Of a stretch of 64,000 nucleotides of DNA, positions 1-11,164 are shown piece by piece (positions within the stretch are counted from its first letter, which is position 1; each line of letters starts with the position of its first letter). The notes under the pieces were generated by a model. That model saw only the letters and a list, made by a program, of their open reading frames with translations, was not told where the DNA came from and ran no database searches. A program made the translations under genes and the position numbers. The DNA is from Epiperipatus broadwayi (taxonomy: Eukaryota; Animalia; Onychophora): assembly GCA_028023455.1 (NCBI GenBank), contig JAQFVV010000002.1, forward strand, positions 10,416,001 through 10,480,000, in the 5' to 3' direction.

Positions 1-1120
1 GGCTTATGTAATATATGTATTATAAAAGGAATCTGTGTATGACTATAAGAATTTAGAAAATATTGCTGAAATTTATTTCTTACTAATTTGAAAATTATGG
101 AAATTTTTCTATATGCTATTTATTATACGTATTATTTAAGATCTTTCAGTGATATTAAGATTATTAGTTATAAAATAATATTTATCAAAATGTAATAACA
201 ATGATTAGATTGTATTATGGTACTAATAAGATTAACATTGATTAGTGTATTTGACAAAGTGATTCCATCTCTTCTTTAAACTATTTTACAATAGTTTTAT
301 AAGGAAGGTATTGTAGATGAAAATGTGAAGCTAAGGGAATAAAAATAAACAGAGATTACTAAAAAACATTAAGATTTTTCAGATCATGTGATTGTTTTCT
401 TAAATAATGCTTTTAAGCTTCAGAAATTGTTATAGAAGTTACCTTATATAAAAAAGGGAGTAATACTAAAAGTATTTGATAAAAGACTAAATTAAAGGTA
501 ACTGCCTTTTTAAAAAAATAAAAAAATAAAGATTGATAGTAAGGAATTAAAAAAAACTAAACCATTATAAATAAGTTGATCAGATTATTAATTCTAGATA
601 AAGTATATTAGATAATGTAAAACATGGAACTAAACATTGATGGAATGCTCTTATTAAAAGTAATTTAATATTAAAAAGAAATATGTTTGTGTTTGAAAGG
701 AAAGTTTTTTTTAATAAATATATTTTACCAATGCTTGCATAGTGTATCCATGACTTGGAATTTAATAAAAAGGTGATACAAATATTTTAGATTATAAATG
801 AAATGTGAAAAAATATAAGCTGAGATTAACAAATGCAAAACAAATCCACAATTGAGAGAATAAATCGATAGCATTTAGCATCACTAAAAGAATTAAATCT
901 GAAATAGAATTAATCTGAAATGTCATTAAAAAAATAAGAGATGGCAATTTATTACTATTTTACAAAAGTTTGGGAAGGACATAGAAAAAAATTATTGGTG
1001 ATATTGTTGGATGAAATAAAAATGTTTGGTGGAATAATGTGGAGAAGAGAAACTACAGATCAGAATCAACTAGATTAATGGAAATTTTTATTAAGCAGTT
1101 TGATAATGTTTGAAAATGAT
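1..1120 (+). mobile_element. Old, decayed 3' part of an RTE-clade LINE (RT domain to 3' end)
   Basis: Colinear by eye with the RTE copy at 21500-22460, e.g. aaagaaatatgtttgtgtttgaaaggaaag vs aaggaaatatgcctatgtgtttgaaaggaagg, and ggatgaaataaaaatgtttggtggaataatgtggagaagagaa vs ggatgaaataagaaattgtgcaggggtgatgtggagaagagaa. Many stops and indels; runs off the window start. Confidence 0.8.
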
Positions 1121-1334
1121 AATTAAAATCGTTATTAGAGATGCATAATTTATTTATTTATTGGATTAAATATATAATATTAATGACCTGCTATTATTAT
1201 TTGGAGACTAAATAATAATATATTTTGTTCACGATTTAAAAAGTTATTCATTTTATAGACATCCAGGAGCATGTTGGAATAGTGTTCAATGTGTGCAACA
1301 CACACAGGTACCAAGACCATGAAGTTATGAAAAG

Positions 1335-1810
1335 ATAATCTTTGTAGTACAGTTTTTAAGTAAAAAAAAACAACCTCTAACTCTTTATGGTAAAAATAAT
1401 ATTATGATCACAATAATGGAAATTTTTTAAAATATATTGAAATGCTATAAAAGTTTGATTCTTTTATTTTAGAACACACCCAATTTGTAGTTAATGTTTC
1501 TAAAATTCAAAATGAAATACTTTATTGGAACCAAATATTAAAAATAATATTATTAATCTGTGTCAATGAAATAAATATTTTTCAATTATTTTAGATTGTA
1601 CTCTGGACATATCACATACCGAACAAATAAGTATGATAGATAGATTCATTCATTTCAACTCAGGATATAAAAGTATAAACATTTTTAGCATTCTATCCAA
1701 TTTTAGATGCTATCAGAATGAATTGAAAGTATTTCTTACTCATTTAATGAAAAAATTAAATATTATGAGATCAGGATTTTGATAATGGTTCTAATATTGT
1801 GATAAAAGCA
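1335..1810 (+). pseudogene. hAT-superfamily (ZMYM1/DUF4371-like) transposase fragment
   Basis: Manual translation gives VQFLSK, DHNNGNFLKYIEML*KFDSFILEH, KYFSIILDCTLDISHTEQISMIDRFI (from 1573) and, after a frameshift, DNGSN. These are characteristic hAT/ZMYM1-like motifs in the expected order. Confidence 0.8.
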
Positions 1811-4169
1811 TAAGTTTGCAAAAAATAATTTAGATTTAAATTGCCATGCCAAGTCCCTACATTAGGCTATCTTATGACTTTATCTAGGTATAATTGAAGC
1901 TTACAATTTTCTCAATTATCTTTGAACAATATTAACAATTGTGAGACTCTCCTATCCTATCAACAAGATTGCATATCTTTTAACATTAAATAAATATTAA
2001 AGTATTTATCCAATGGCATGAGAATACCTAGACCCTCATCCTTATTTAGTATCTACATACTCTCATGACTAACAATTATGATTAAATGACTATAATAAAT
2101 AATCTATAATTATTAACTTTCAATTAACTAATGAAGAAATTATACTATCATATTATTGTATATTGAATGAATGTTATTATTATTACTTCTATAGGATGAT
2201 AATTAGCAATAATAATAATAATAATTTTATACTAAGGAGATCTCAGGATAATCATTAATTTTTAATTAGTTATTTAATTGACCTATAAAATATCAAGTGG
2301 GATTTTACTGACCCCTATAGGCAGTATCACTTAAGAAAAGACAACCTGAATCTATAATTAAAATTGTACTACTACTTTATATTTATGTCCCCTAATACTT
2401 ACCATTAAACTAATATTATTATCTGAATTGTTATTATATGTGATACTTTCGATAATAAATAATTCATAATTTAATTCTTTATAAATAAGCATACTTTAAT
2501 AATTTGCAATATCATCAATGACTTATGTGATCAAGGCAGCTTACAATAAGTTAAAGTCTCTTTTATGAAATGTGTGCTTAATTGATTGTTATATTGTTCT
2601 AAATTGGATTACTTTCTTATTTCCATCTCAAATTGTACGTTTTGAGTTCATATGATGTAGTGACAATGACTCTCAGAAAAGAAATGCAACATTTAATACT
2701 CAAATTTACTTTCAAAACAACAACTTTAATCATATTATTTACAAGATATTATAATATATATATTTTAACCAATAAGTAATTTAAAAAAATAATAAAGTTA
2801 TATACCAATATAATATAAAAACACTATAATCAATTGAAAAATTTTCATTCTCTTTTTTACTTTTTAGACATTCACAATAAATAAAATAAAAAAATCTTTT
2901 CATGTAATATGGTGCTGTTGTGATATTTACTTTTACATACTTTTATTTTTTATATATATCACAAATCAGGTGTTTCCCTTAGATCATCATTCTTCCCCTT
3001 CTTTTTACCATTATCAACTATTATAAGTTAGGAGTTGAATTAGAAAGACAAAATGGAACATAATAACTATTGTATTCTTGCTTCAATACAATAAGTTTAT
3101 TATAATACTGTGAAATGTCACTTTTTTGTGTATTTTTAGATATCATGATATTCATCCTTTGGTCTGTATTTATTTACTTATTTTTTTCTAAGAAGGTATT
3201 ACGATAATAATTATAAAATCATCAATTAGTTCTTTGATCTCAAACTCCATCTTACTATAGTTTTATTTCAACCTATATACTAAATTATAATATATATATA
3301 TACTAAATTATAATCAATAAGAATTTTAGGTTGTGTACTATTACATCTGAACTCCTATATCTCCCTGCAATAATTTTCATCTATAATTTATGAGATTCAG
3401 CTAAATATTAATAGATCATCTTTTGGTCTATTCTAAATAAACGACTTATTCCTGCTTTATCTAATAACTTAATTATTACTGTCATATTGCTAACTTATAT
3501 TTGTTTGATATCATTCTTATAATTAATTGTTTCTACAAATTACAAACTAAAATTACTTAGAATTTTATATAACTATATTAAATTATTCATCGTTAAACAT
3601 AAGATCACATTTAAAATATCATCGTTTCTCATTTTCAAGATTGTATATTTAAACACCAACCTCTTCATAATATACATATTGTTAACTACTTTTAGGATAC
3701 ATTTCATTAAATCATTAATCATATCTACTGATTTTAATTATATAACAATATTTGATAAAAACACAACTTTTAAAATAAATAATGACATAGATAACCAAAT
3801 TAAATCAATTATTAATTTCACTACCTATTAATCGATTCCCCCTATTGTAATAACATCTATACTTAAAGTATAAATTAATATATATACAAATATGATGTTG
3901 CAAGCTTTTTTTTTCTTTAAATATAAGTTCCTAAACAAACAAAGAAAAAAAAACTTTAACTTTTACTGGCATTACAATCGTTCCATAGGATTCAGACTGG
4001 TTACACATCATTATTATCATCACTTTCATTTTAAACACTCCACTAGTTGCATGTTAATATATAATCATTTTTGCTCCATTTGTCCTCATCCAAAGATTAT
4101 TACAATTATCAAAATTTACATGATGTCATGTTATTGACAGTGTAGTTTTTTATTTTCCTTTAGTAGTTA

Positions 4170-5450
4170 AAGATTATCTGCAACTTGTCTTATACGTTTG
4201 ATTTAAATATTCCTTGCACTAGTAATATGATTTAGCATTCAAATGATTCCTTACTTATTTTGGTTAATATTATTATTAAGAATTTTTTTTTTTTCCATTT
4301 TCATTTTAACAGTAGAATAATATCTTCCACATACATTTATATTTCATAATGCACTAAGGTTATTTCATCTATTATTCAACAATTTATTCTCCATGCATAT
4401 TTATTCTTTATTAAATATTTTCTGGTATGGTTTTACTCCTTACATTTTTTTTTTCAGATGATAAATAATGTTTTCACTCATGCTAATCATCATTTAACTT
4501 ATATAACATTCAGTACGATTTTTTTAACTTTACATAAAAGTAATATTAAAATTAGTATTGCTCAGTTTTAATCATTTCTTCAATTAAAATTTTATTCGAA
4601 CATGCTTTAAGATTTATCTTTAAATATGATGTATACTTTTCCATTCACACTTAGTTCTGTTATTATCTATTACTACTTTGGTTCTAGATAGTTTTAAAAA
4701 TGCATACTTATCCCTGTCAAAAATAATTTGCCTTTTATTTATCCCTGGCTGATAACTTGATCTTGTCCAATTATTTTGACTCGTATGACACAAGAATATT
4801 TCAACTAGTTTAGCAATTAAATCCAGTGTAAATACAGTACTCCCAAGGTTTTCCTTTAATGAGTTTCTTCCTTGGTCACAATTTGGAACATACATACAAA
4901 TTTTCCTTTTCATTTTATAGTATTTTCTCCATATAACGATTTCAAGAAATTTTCCAAGAACCATTAATTGTTGAGTTGCCTCATTCATTTTAACAAAACA
5001 TAACCTATATCCTTTAAATTATTACATAGATAAAATCCATTACTTTTTTTTTTTAAATAAATAATATTTAAGTAATTTTAAGCAAACTTTTTAGGATTAA
5101 AAAAAAATCAAAACAAAACAAGTTGCTTGTTCCTCAATCTATGATTTTCCTTTTTCTCCAATTTAATATTCCCCTCAATTTTACTTAATGATTGTCTGCA
5201 GGCTGTTTATTGGTTAATTTTTCCAGCTTCTTTGATTCTATATTTAATGGGTTGTTAGTATTTTATCTATATTTAAAACAAATATTTTCGGTTTTAAAAT
5301 ATTTCTCAATAAAAATATCTTTTGGAAACTGAATAAAATACAATTTACTTTATTGATTTAGATCATTTTGATTTTATTTTTACACAAACTAGATTCAATA
5401 TTACTTTTATGATTTTTTTTTTATTCACCAAATTCGTAAAATAAATATTA
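4170..5450 (-). mobile_element. Highly decayed non-LTR retrotransposon RT relic
   Basis: ORF 4620-4988 (LMVLGKFLEIVIW; TVFTLDLIAK; TKVVIDNNRT) followed by GVKPY and MYVEDIILL resembles LINE RT motifs in order. Heavily degenerate. Confidence 0.5.
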
Positions 5451-8092
5451 ATCATTTATTATTTGTAAACATAACTTAAAATTTAACTAGAAATAATAAT
5501 TGCTTTTATAATATTAGATGCACGCAGACAATAATTATCTATCAATTGAAGCTATACTTATATACACATGGAATATATATATATATATGTTTGCTTCACC
5601 ATTCACTTTGGTTTAACTAAAGACCCTGAATCCAACCACAATGAATGTAGACTAAATTTAAAGTAAGTAAAAGCTTTAAAAACATTCTGTAAATTTTAAA
5701 AAATAAAATGAAAAGATTTTATTTTAGATAAAAAAATAAAATTTCTAGAACTCATTAGAGAAAAAGATTAGTTAGATAAGAATAATTAATTAAAAAAACA
5801 CTGCAATTAAAAATAAGATAGCAGAACAATGGGATTGGAATGTAAGATGGCTAACAAGCTAAGTATAAATTGAGAACTTGTCTATTGTTTGCTCTCTTTT
5901 ACCTGGCTCAGCTCTACAGCTTGGACTGAAATCAGCCACGATATTTTATTGGAAAAGAAATAAAATTAACTTTTTTGGAAAGAACTCTCTGCAACCAAGA
6001 AAATATCTTAGCCTCTTGCTGAATAAATTCTCAAACCACCAGCATTCTATAGACAAGGAGAGAAGAACTTAAAATGGGTGCTATAAGAAAAATGGTGGAG
6101 TAGACCTTTTCCTCTATCTCTCAGTTGTTGCCCTGTCTGCTGGAGCTTGAAAAGGAGTAACCCAAGAAATGTAGTGTGCCAGAATAATTTTGCCTGACAA
6201 TTTCCTGCTGCTATAAATGGATAACCGAGGACAGAAATCACCGTAAACTATCAGTACTGATTGCTGACCAGAATGTCTTCATGGCCATTTAATAAAGATG
6301 TACACAATCTTAAATCATTACCGGTAACTTTAATTTTTTACTTGTATTCTATGTTTGGCTTAAACTGTAAACTTAAGTCATTTATGTTATAATTATAATG
6401 TGTTAATATATATATATATAGCCTGAGAAATTTCAACATTTTCATTGTTACTTTTTGGTTTGAACAGTATAATGGCAATTCTTAATCCTATTAATATATA
6501 CGTAAATCTTTTTCTTTGGTTATCATATTGCCACTATACATTATTTGAATTGTATACTAATATTTTTTTAAAAAAGAAACACGATTTCTTTCTTATTGCT
6601 TGGCATCATCATCATCAACCATTATCAATCCACTGCAGGATGAAGGTCTCTCCAAGTTTAATCTATCTTCTCTGATCTTTAGCTTCTCTTCTCCACAACA
6701 CCCCTGCACATTTTCTTATTTCATCCATCCATCTCACATGTGGTCTCTTTCTGGGTCTTTTACAATCTCTTGGAATCCAGTTTAAAATTTCAATTGTCCA
6801 TCTATTATCATCTCTTCTAGCAATATGTCCAGCCCAACTCCATTTCAATCTTTTAATTTTTTCGATAAGGTCAGTAACACCTGTTTGTTGTCTTACCCAT
6901 ACATTGCGTTTTTGATCTCTTCTTGTTACTCCCAACTTACATCTCTCCATACTCCTTTGAGTGGTCTGAAGTCTCTGTATTGCTCTTCTATTAAATGTCC
7001 AAGTCTCAGATCCATATGTAAGAACTGGTAAAACACATTTGTTAAAAACCATCCTTTTCAAACACATAGGCATATTTCTTTTTAGTATCAAGTTATTTCT
7101 ACCAAAAGCACTCCAACCAAGTTTAATTCTATGATTAATTTCCTCCAGTATGTTTCCATCTGTATTAATAGTTTGACCAAGGTATTTGTAACTGTTAACT
7201 TCTTCTAATTCTTTATAATCAATCTTTATTTTCATATTTTGAGCAAATTGATTAAACATTACTTTAGTCTTTTTAACATTTATCTTTAGTCCTACTTTTC
7301 TACTTTCATCTGCTAACTCCTGCAACATTTCCTGCAGCTCTGAAGCATTATTTGCAAAAACAACTACATCATCTGCGAAATCTAAATGACTTAAATACTC
7401 TCCTTTACTTTCACTCCTTTAGTTTCCCATTTTAATCCACAAAATACTTATTGCAGCACTGCTGTAAAGAGTTTTGGAGATATGGAGTCACCTTGTCTTA
7501 CACCTTTCTCAATGTTGATTTTTCCAGTATCATTATGTAATCTAATTGTTGCTGTTGCATTTTTATAAATATTCTTTAAAATATGACAATATCCTGGATC
7601 TATACCTTGATGATCCAATGCTTTAATCACTGAAGAAATGTGTATAGAATCGAATGCTTTTTCATAATCTACAAATCCAAAACATAATGACAACTCATAT
7701 TCGTTTGTCCTTTCTATGACTTCTCTCAATACCTGGATATGATCTATTGTACTAAAACCACTTTTAAATCCAGCTTGTTCTCTTGGTTGGTGGAAATCCA
7801 AAGTTCTCTGTAGACGAGTTGTAATTATCTTGGTAAAAATTTTATATAAAACTGATAAAAGGCTGATAGGTCTGTAATTTCTAATATCTTCTTTTTCACC
7901 TTTTTTAAATATTAATATTATTACTGCATTCTTCCAATCTTCCGGTACATCTTTATCATTTAGACATTTGGTATATAACTTTGCTAAAATTGTTTCTATT
8001 TCTTCACCTGCTTCATTAAACTATGAGAATAGTCTATCTTAATATATATCTGAGCACTTATACCATATATGTGTGTAAAGATGATAGTCTGG

Positions 8093-8136
8093 ACCAACTG
8101 ATGATTGCTGGTTTAGCATGAAATACGTATATTGGT
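8093..8136 (+). ncRNA. Minimal type-I hammerhead ribozyme motif
   Basis: accaa-CTGATGA-t-tgct(ggttt)agca-t-GAAA-tacgta-T-A-ttggt. 5-bp stem I; palindromic stem III ATACGTAT; predicted cleavage after A8131 (AUA). Confidence 0.8.
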
Positions 8137-8567
8137 GATTATTTATCTTTTCAGCATATATGTGTTTAGGTGTATCAGTGTTATTAGATAGAGTGGAGAG
8201 AGGTGGGTGGTGTGAAAGTCTGTGCTCATATACCCCATATTACATATATATGGCCACAGGTATATAACAAGCCTGTGTTTCAGTTATTACATTATAGAGA
8301 TGTCTGCCCATCCTTGCATATGTATTAAATGGATTATGTCCTGTACATGTGGGGTTCAGATTGACTTTATGTCAACATGGGTGTGACAATAATCTCGGCC
8401 TCAGGGTGGCCTTTGAGCATTCCATCATCAGATTTTCAATTGGATGGACGGTGGAAGAGTTGGAGTGTGGAATGGATTGAAGCCTGTCCATTAAACTATG
8501 AGGATAGTCTATCTTAATATATATCTGAGCACTTATACTATATATGTGTGTAAAGATGATAGTCTGG

Positions 8568-8611
8568 ACCAACTGATGATTGCTGGTTTAGCATGAAATA
8601 CGTATATTGGT
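8568..8611 (+). ncRNA. Minimal type-I hammerhead ribozyme motif (second copy, 475 nt downstream)
   Basis: Identical to 8093-8136; predicted cleavage after 8606. Confidence 0.8.
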
Positions 8612-11164
8612 GATTATTTATCTTTTCAGCATATATGTGTTTAGGTGTATCAGTGTTATTAGATAGAGTGGAGAGAGGTGGGTGGTGTGAAAGTCTGTGC
8701 TCATATACCCTATATTAAATATATCAATTATAATTCCATCATTTCTTGGAGCCTTTCCTTTATTCATACACTTAATTGCATGTCTCACTTCTTCATTTAA
8801 AATTCAGGGCAATTCGGAAGATGTAATAGATATAGGAGGTACTTGTTCTTCATTACTATATAATTCTTGATAAAAATCTTCTACCAATTTCATGATGTCA
8901 TCTCTCTTTTTAGTAATAATTCCATCTTTTTTTCTTATTGCAGATATAAATTTCCTACCAATACCAAAATGTTGTTTAACATTTTTGAGACTTTTATTTT
9001 CTTCTATAGCTTTCCTTGCTATTTCACAGTTATACTTTCTTATATCATTTTCAACTCTTTTCCATACCATTTTACAAATTCGAGATATTCAATTCTTTTT
9101 AATACATCATTTTTGTATATCTTCATATTCCTTCTTTTCTTCATAAATTCTCTAGTCTCAGTAGAAATTTTATTAGTCAATTGCTGCTTTTTTCTACCAG
9201 CTATGTTTGTTGCAGTTTTTAAAAGTGTATCAGTTATTTTCATATTAATTTCATTCAAATCTGTATTATGTTCAAAATCTCCTAACACTTGAAACCTATT
9301 TGTAAGTTCTAATTTAAATTCATTAGAATGTTTCTGAAGATTAGGAATATCAACTGTAAATATTGTTTTTCTTAATAATTTTTGTCTCTCTAGTTTTACA
9401 TTAACATGTAACTTAAACCTTACTAATCGATGATCACTTCCTGTGTTAAATTTATTAAGAACATTACAATCTTGAAATATGTATTTTCTGTTAATCAAAA
9501 TATAATCCAATTCTGCTGTACCTTCATTTGGATGCTTCCATGTCCATTTCCTTTTAACATTTTTCTCAAAAAATGAATTCATAATATAAAGTTTTTATTT
9601 TTCTGCAAACTCCACAAGTCTATGTCCTCTCTCATTTCTATTACCATAACCAAAATTACCTACAGCAATTTCATCTTTCATTTGTGTACCAATTCTAGCA
9701 TTAAAGTCTCCCATAACAATTTTAAAATGTTGTTTACTCTGATCAAAAGCCTTTTGTACACCCATATAAAAATATTCTACTACTTCATCACTATGAGAAC
9801 TTGTTGGGGCATAAACCTGAATTATCTGCATTTGGTATCTGCTATTAAGTTGTATAACTAATCTTGCCACTCTGTCCGATACACCATCAATCTCCACAAT
9901 ATTGTTCTTCCACTTTTTATTTATAATGAATCCTACTCCACTTGTATTTCCAATATGTGTGCCTTTATAATAGAGTATATGTCCACTTTTAAATCAATTG
10001 TTTCTTCTCCTTTTCTTCTAACTTCACAAAGTCCAATAATGTCCCATTTAATATAAGACAGTTCTTCTTCTAATTCTTGCAATCTTCCTTCACTTGAAAG
10101 TGATCTGCAATTGTAAGTACCTAAATAAAAAGTCGTCATCAAATGGCAGCCTGGGTCCGCAATCAGGGGATTCTTAGCACCCTCCGCCTTCAGCCACCAA
10201 CCGCTGCCTTGGTTGGTGACTTTACAGCCTCCTGGGAATAAGGGCCATGCTTTATTTTTGTCTGTCATAGTTGTATATATGTATTGGAAAAATATTTATC
10301 ATTTACACAAACATTCATTCTGCCTTATCAGGCACTGAGAAGAAAGACCACGGTGTTTCTTGATCTTAAACTTAGAGGTAAAAAGCCAATAAACTCACCA
10401 AGCTGGCTAATGCGTGTTGGTGAGCAGCCCATCCATGTTCGTATACTATATGAATAATCACATAGTAATAACAGCTGCAACGACAAGAACGTATATATAT
10501 ATTGGAGGAATGGAAGGGAGAAATAATCTAATTTCATTTATTTCTATTTGTAGACCCGCTACTAAATACGGGAATATTTCAGATTTATAAAAAACTCTTT
10601 GAATAAAATTTCTCCTTCCAATTCTTCCCCGTATTGGTTTCACTAATTTTTTAAAAAATATATATATATTAGAATGAGAGAAAAAGCAGAACACGCAATT
10701 GTCTTTATTTTTTTTTTTTAGAAAGTAATTCAATGTTTCTTTTAATTTATACTTAGAAATATAAATGAAAATGACATTCGAGTATATATATATTAAAATG
10801 TTCAATTTTATGCATTTTATAAGAAAGGTCCAATCTTTTTTTTTAATACTTTCTTAAAATCAATCTGGGTTTTTACTAATATATATCTATTTGTCTAAAA
10901 CAGATATAGCTTAAGCGTTTTATAATTTGATTAAATATAAGAGAGGGTACAGTACAGTTATATATGTGTAAATTAAAAATCTTAAATCTTTGTTAACTAA
11001 AAATCTTAAGTCTTCATTAACTCTAAGGGTGAACTAGTTGTTTTAAAATATATTTATTAAACATAGTAACATAGTAATATACAGTTAAACTTTATAAAAA
11101 TTTACAAAGCATTCAGAATGAAACTTGAAAAAGTCAATGTAGAGAAAAGGGTATCTTAATAAGA

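Larger units (their letters stand above)
8015..8717 (+). mobile_element. Non-autonomous hammerhead-containing element (retrozyme-like), copy A: 228-bp direct repeats (8015-8242, 8490-8717), period 475 bp
   Basis: Near-identical direct repeats, each with an intact hammerhead motif; no coding capacity. RTE sequence stops at gcttc (8014) and resumes at aatatatc (8718) with about 4 bp lost and no TSD. Confidence 0.85.
6604..10423 (-). mobile_element. Near-full-length RTE-clade LINE (APE endonuclease + RT), inactivated, interrupted by a 703-bp insertion at 8015-8717
   Basis: ORF fragments: APE (GTYNCRSL, IIGLCEVRR, QVYAPT, MGDFNA, LDYIL, GSDHRLV) and RT (QAGFKSG, FVDYEKAFDS, GVRQGDSISPKLF, YKYLG, WSWAGHIAR). 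(GAT)n tail at 6604-6617. 5' end tcaccaacacgcattagcc is shared with the copy at 19494. Confidence 0.97.

Noticed and set aside
2900-3900. Possible Penelope RT relic on the minus strand
   Set aside because: Motif resemblance too weak to support a call.
8372-8572. Short ORFs recurring in the retrozyme copies (also 39565-39870 and 60280-60652)
   Set aside because: Frames and lengths are not conserved between copies; recurrence only reflects the repeat.
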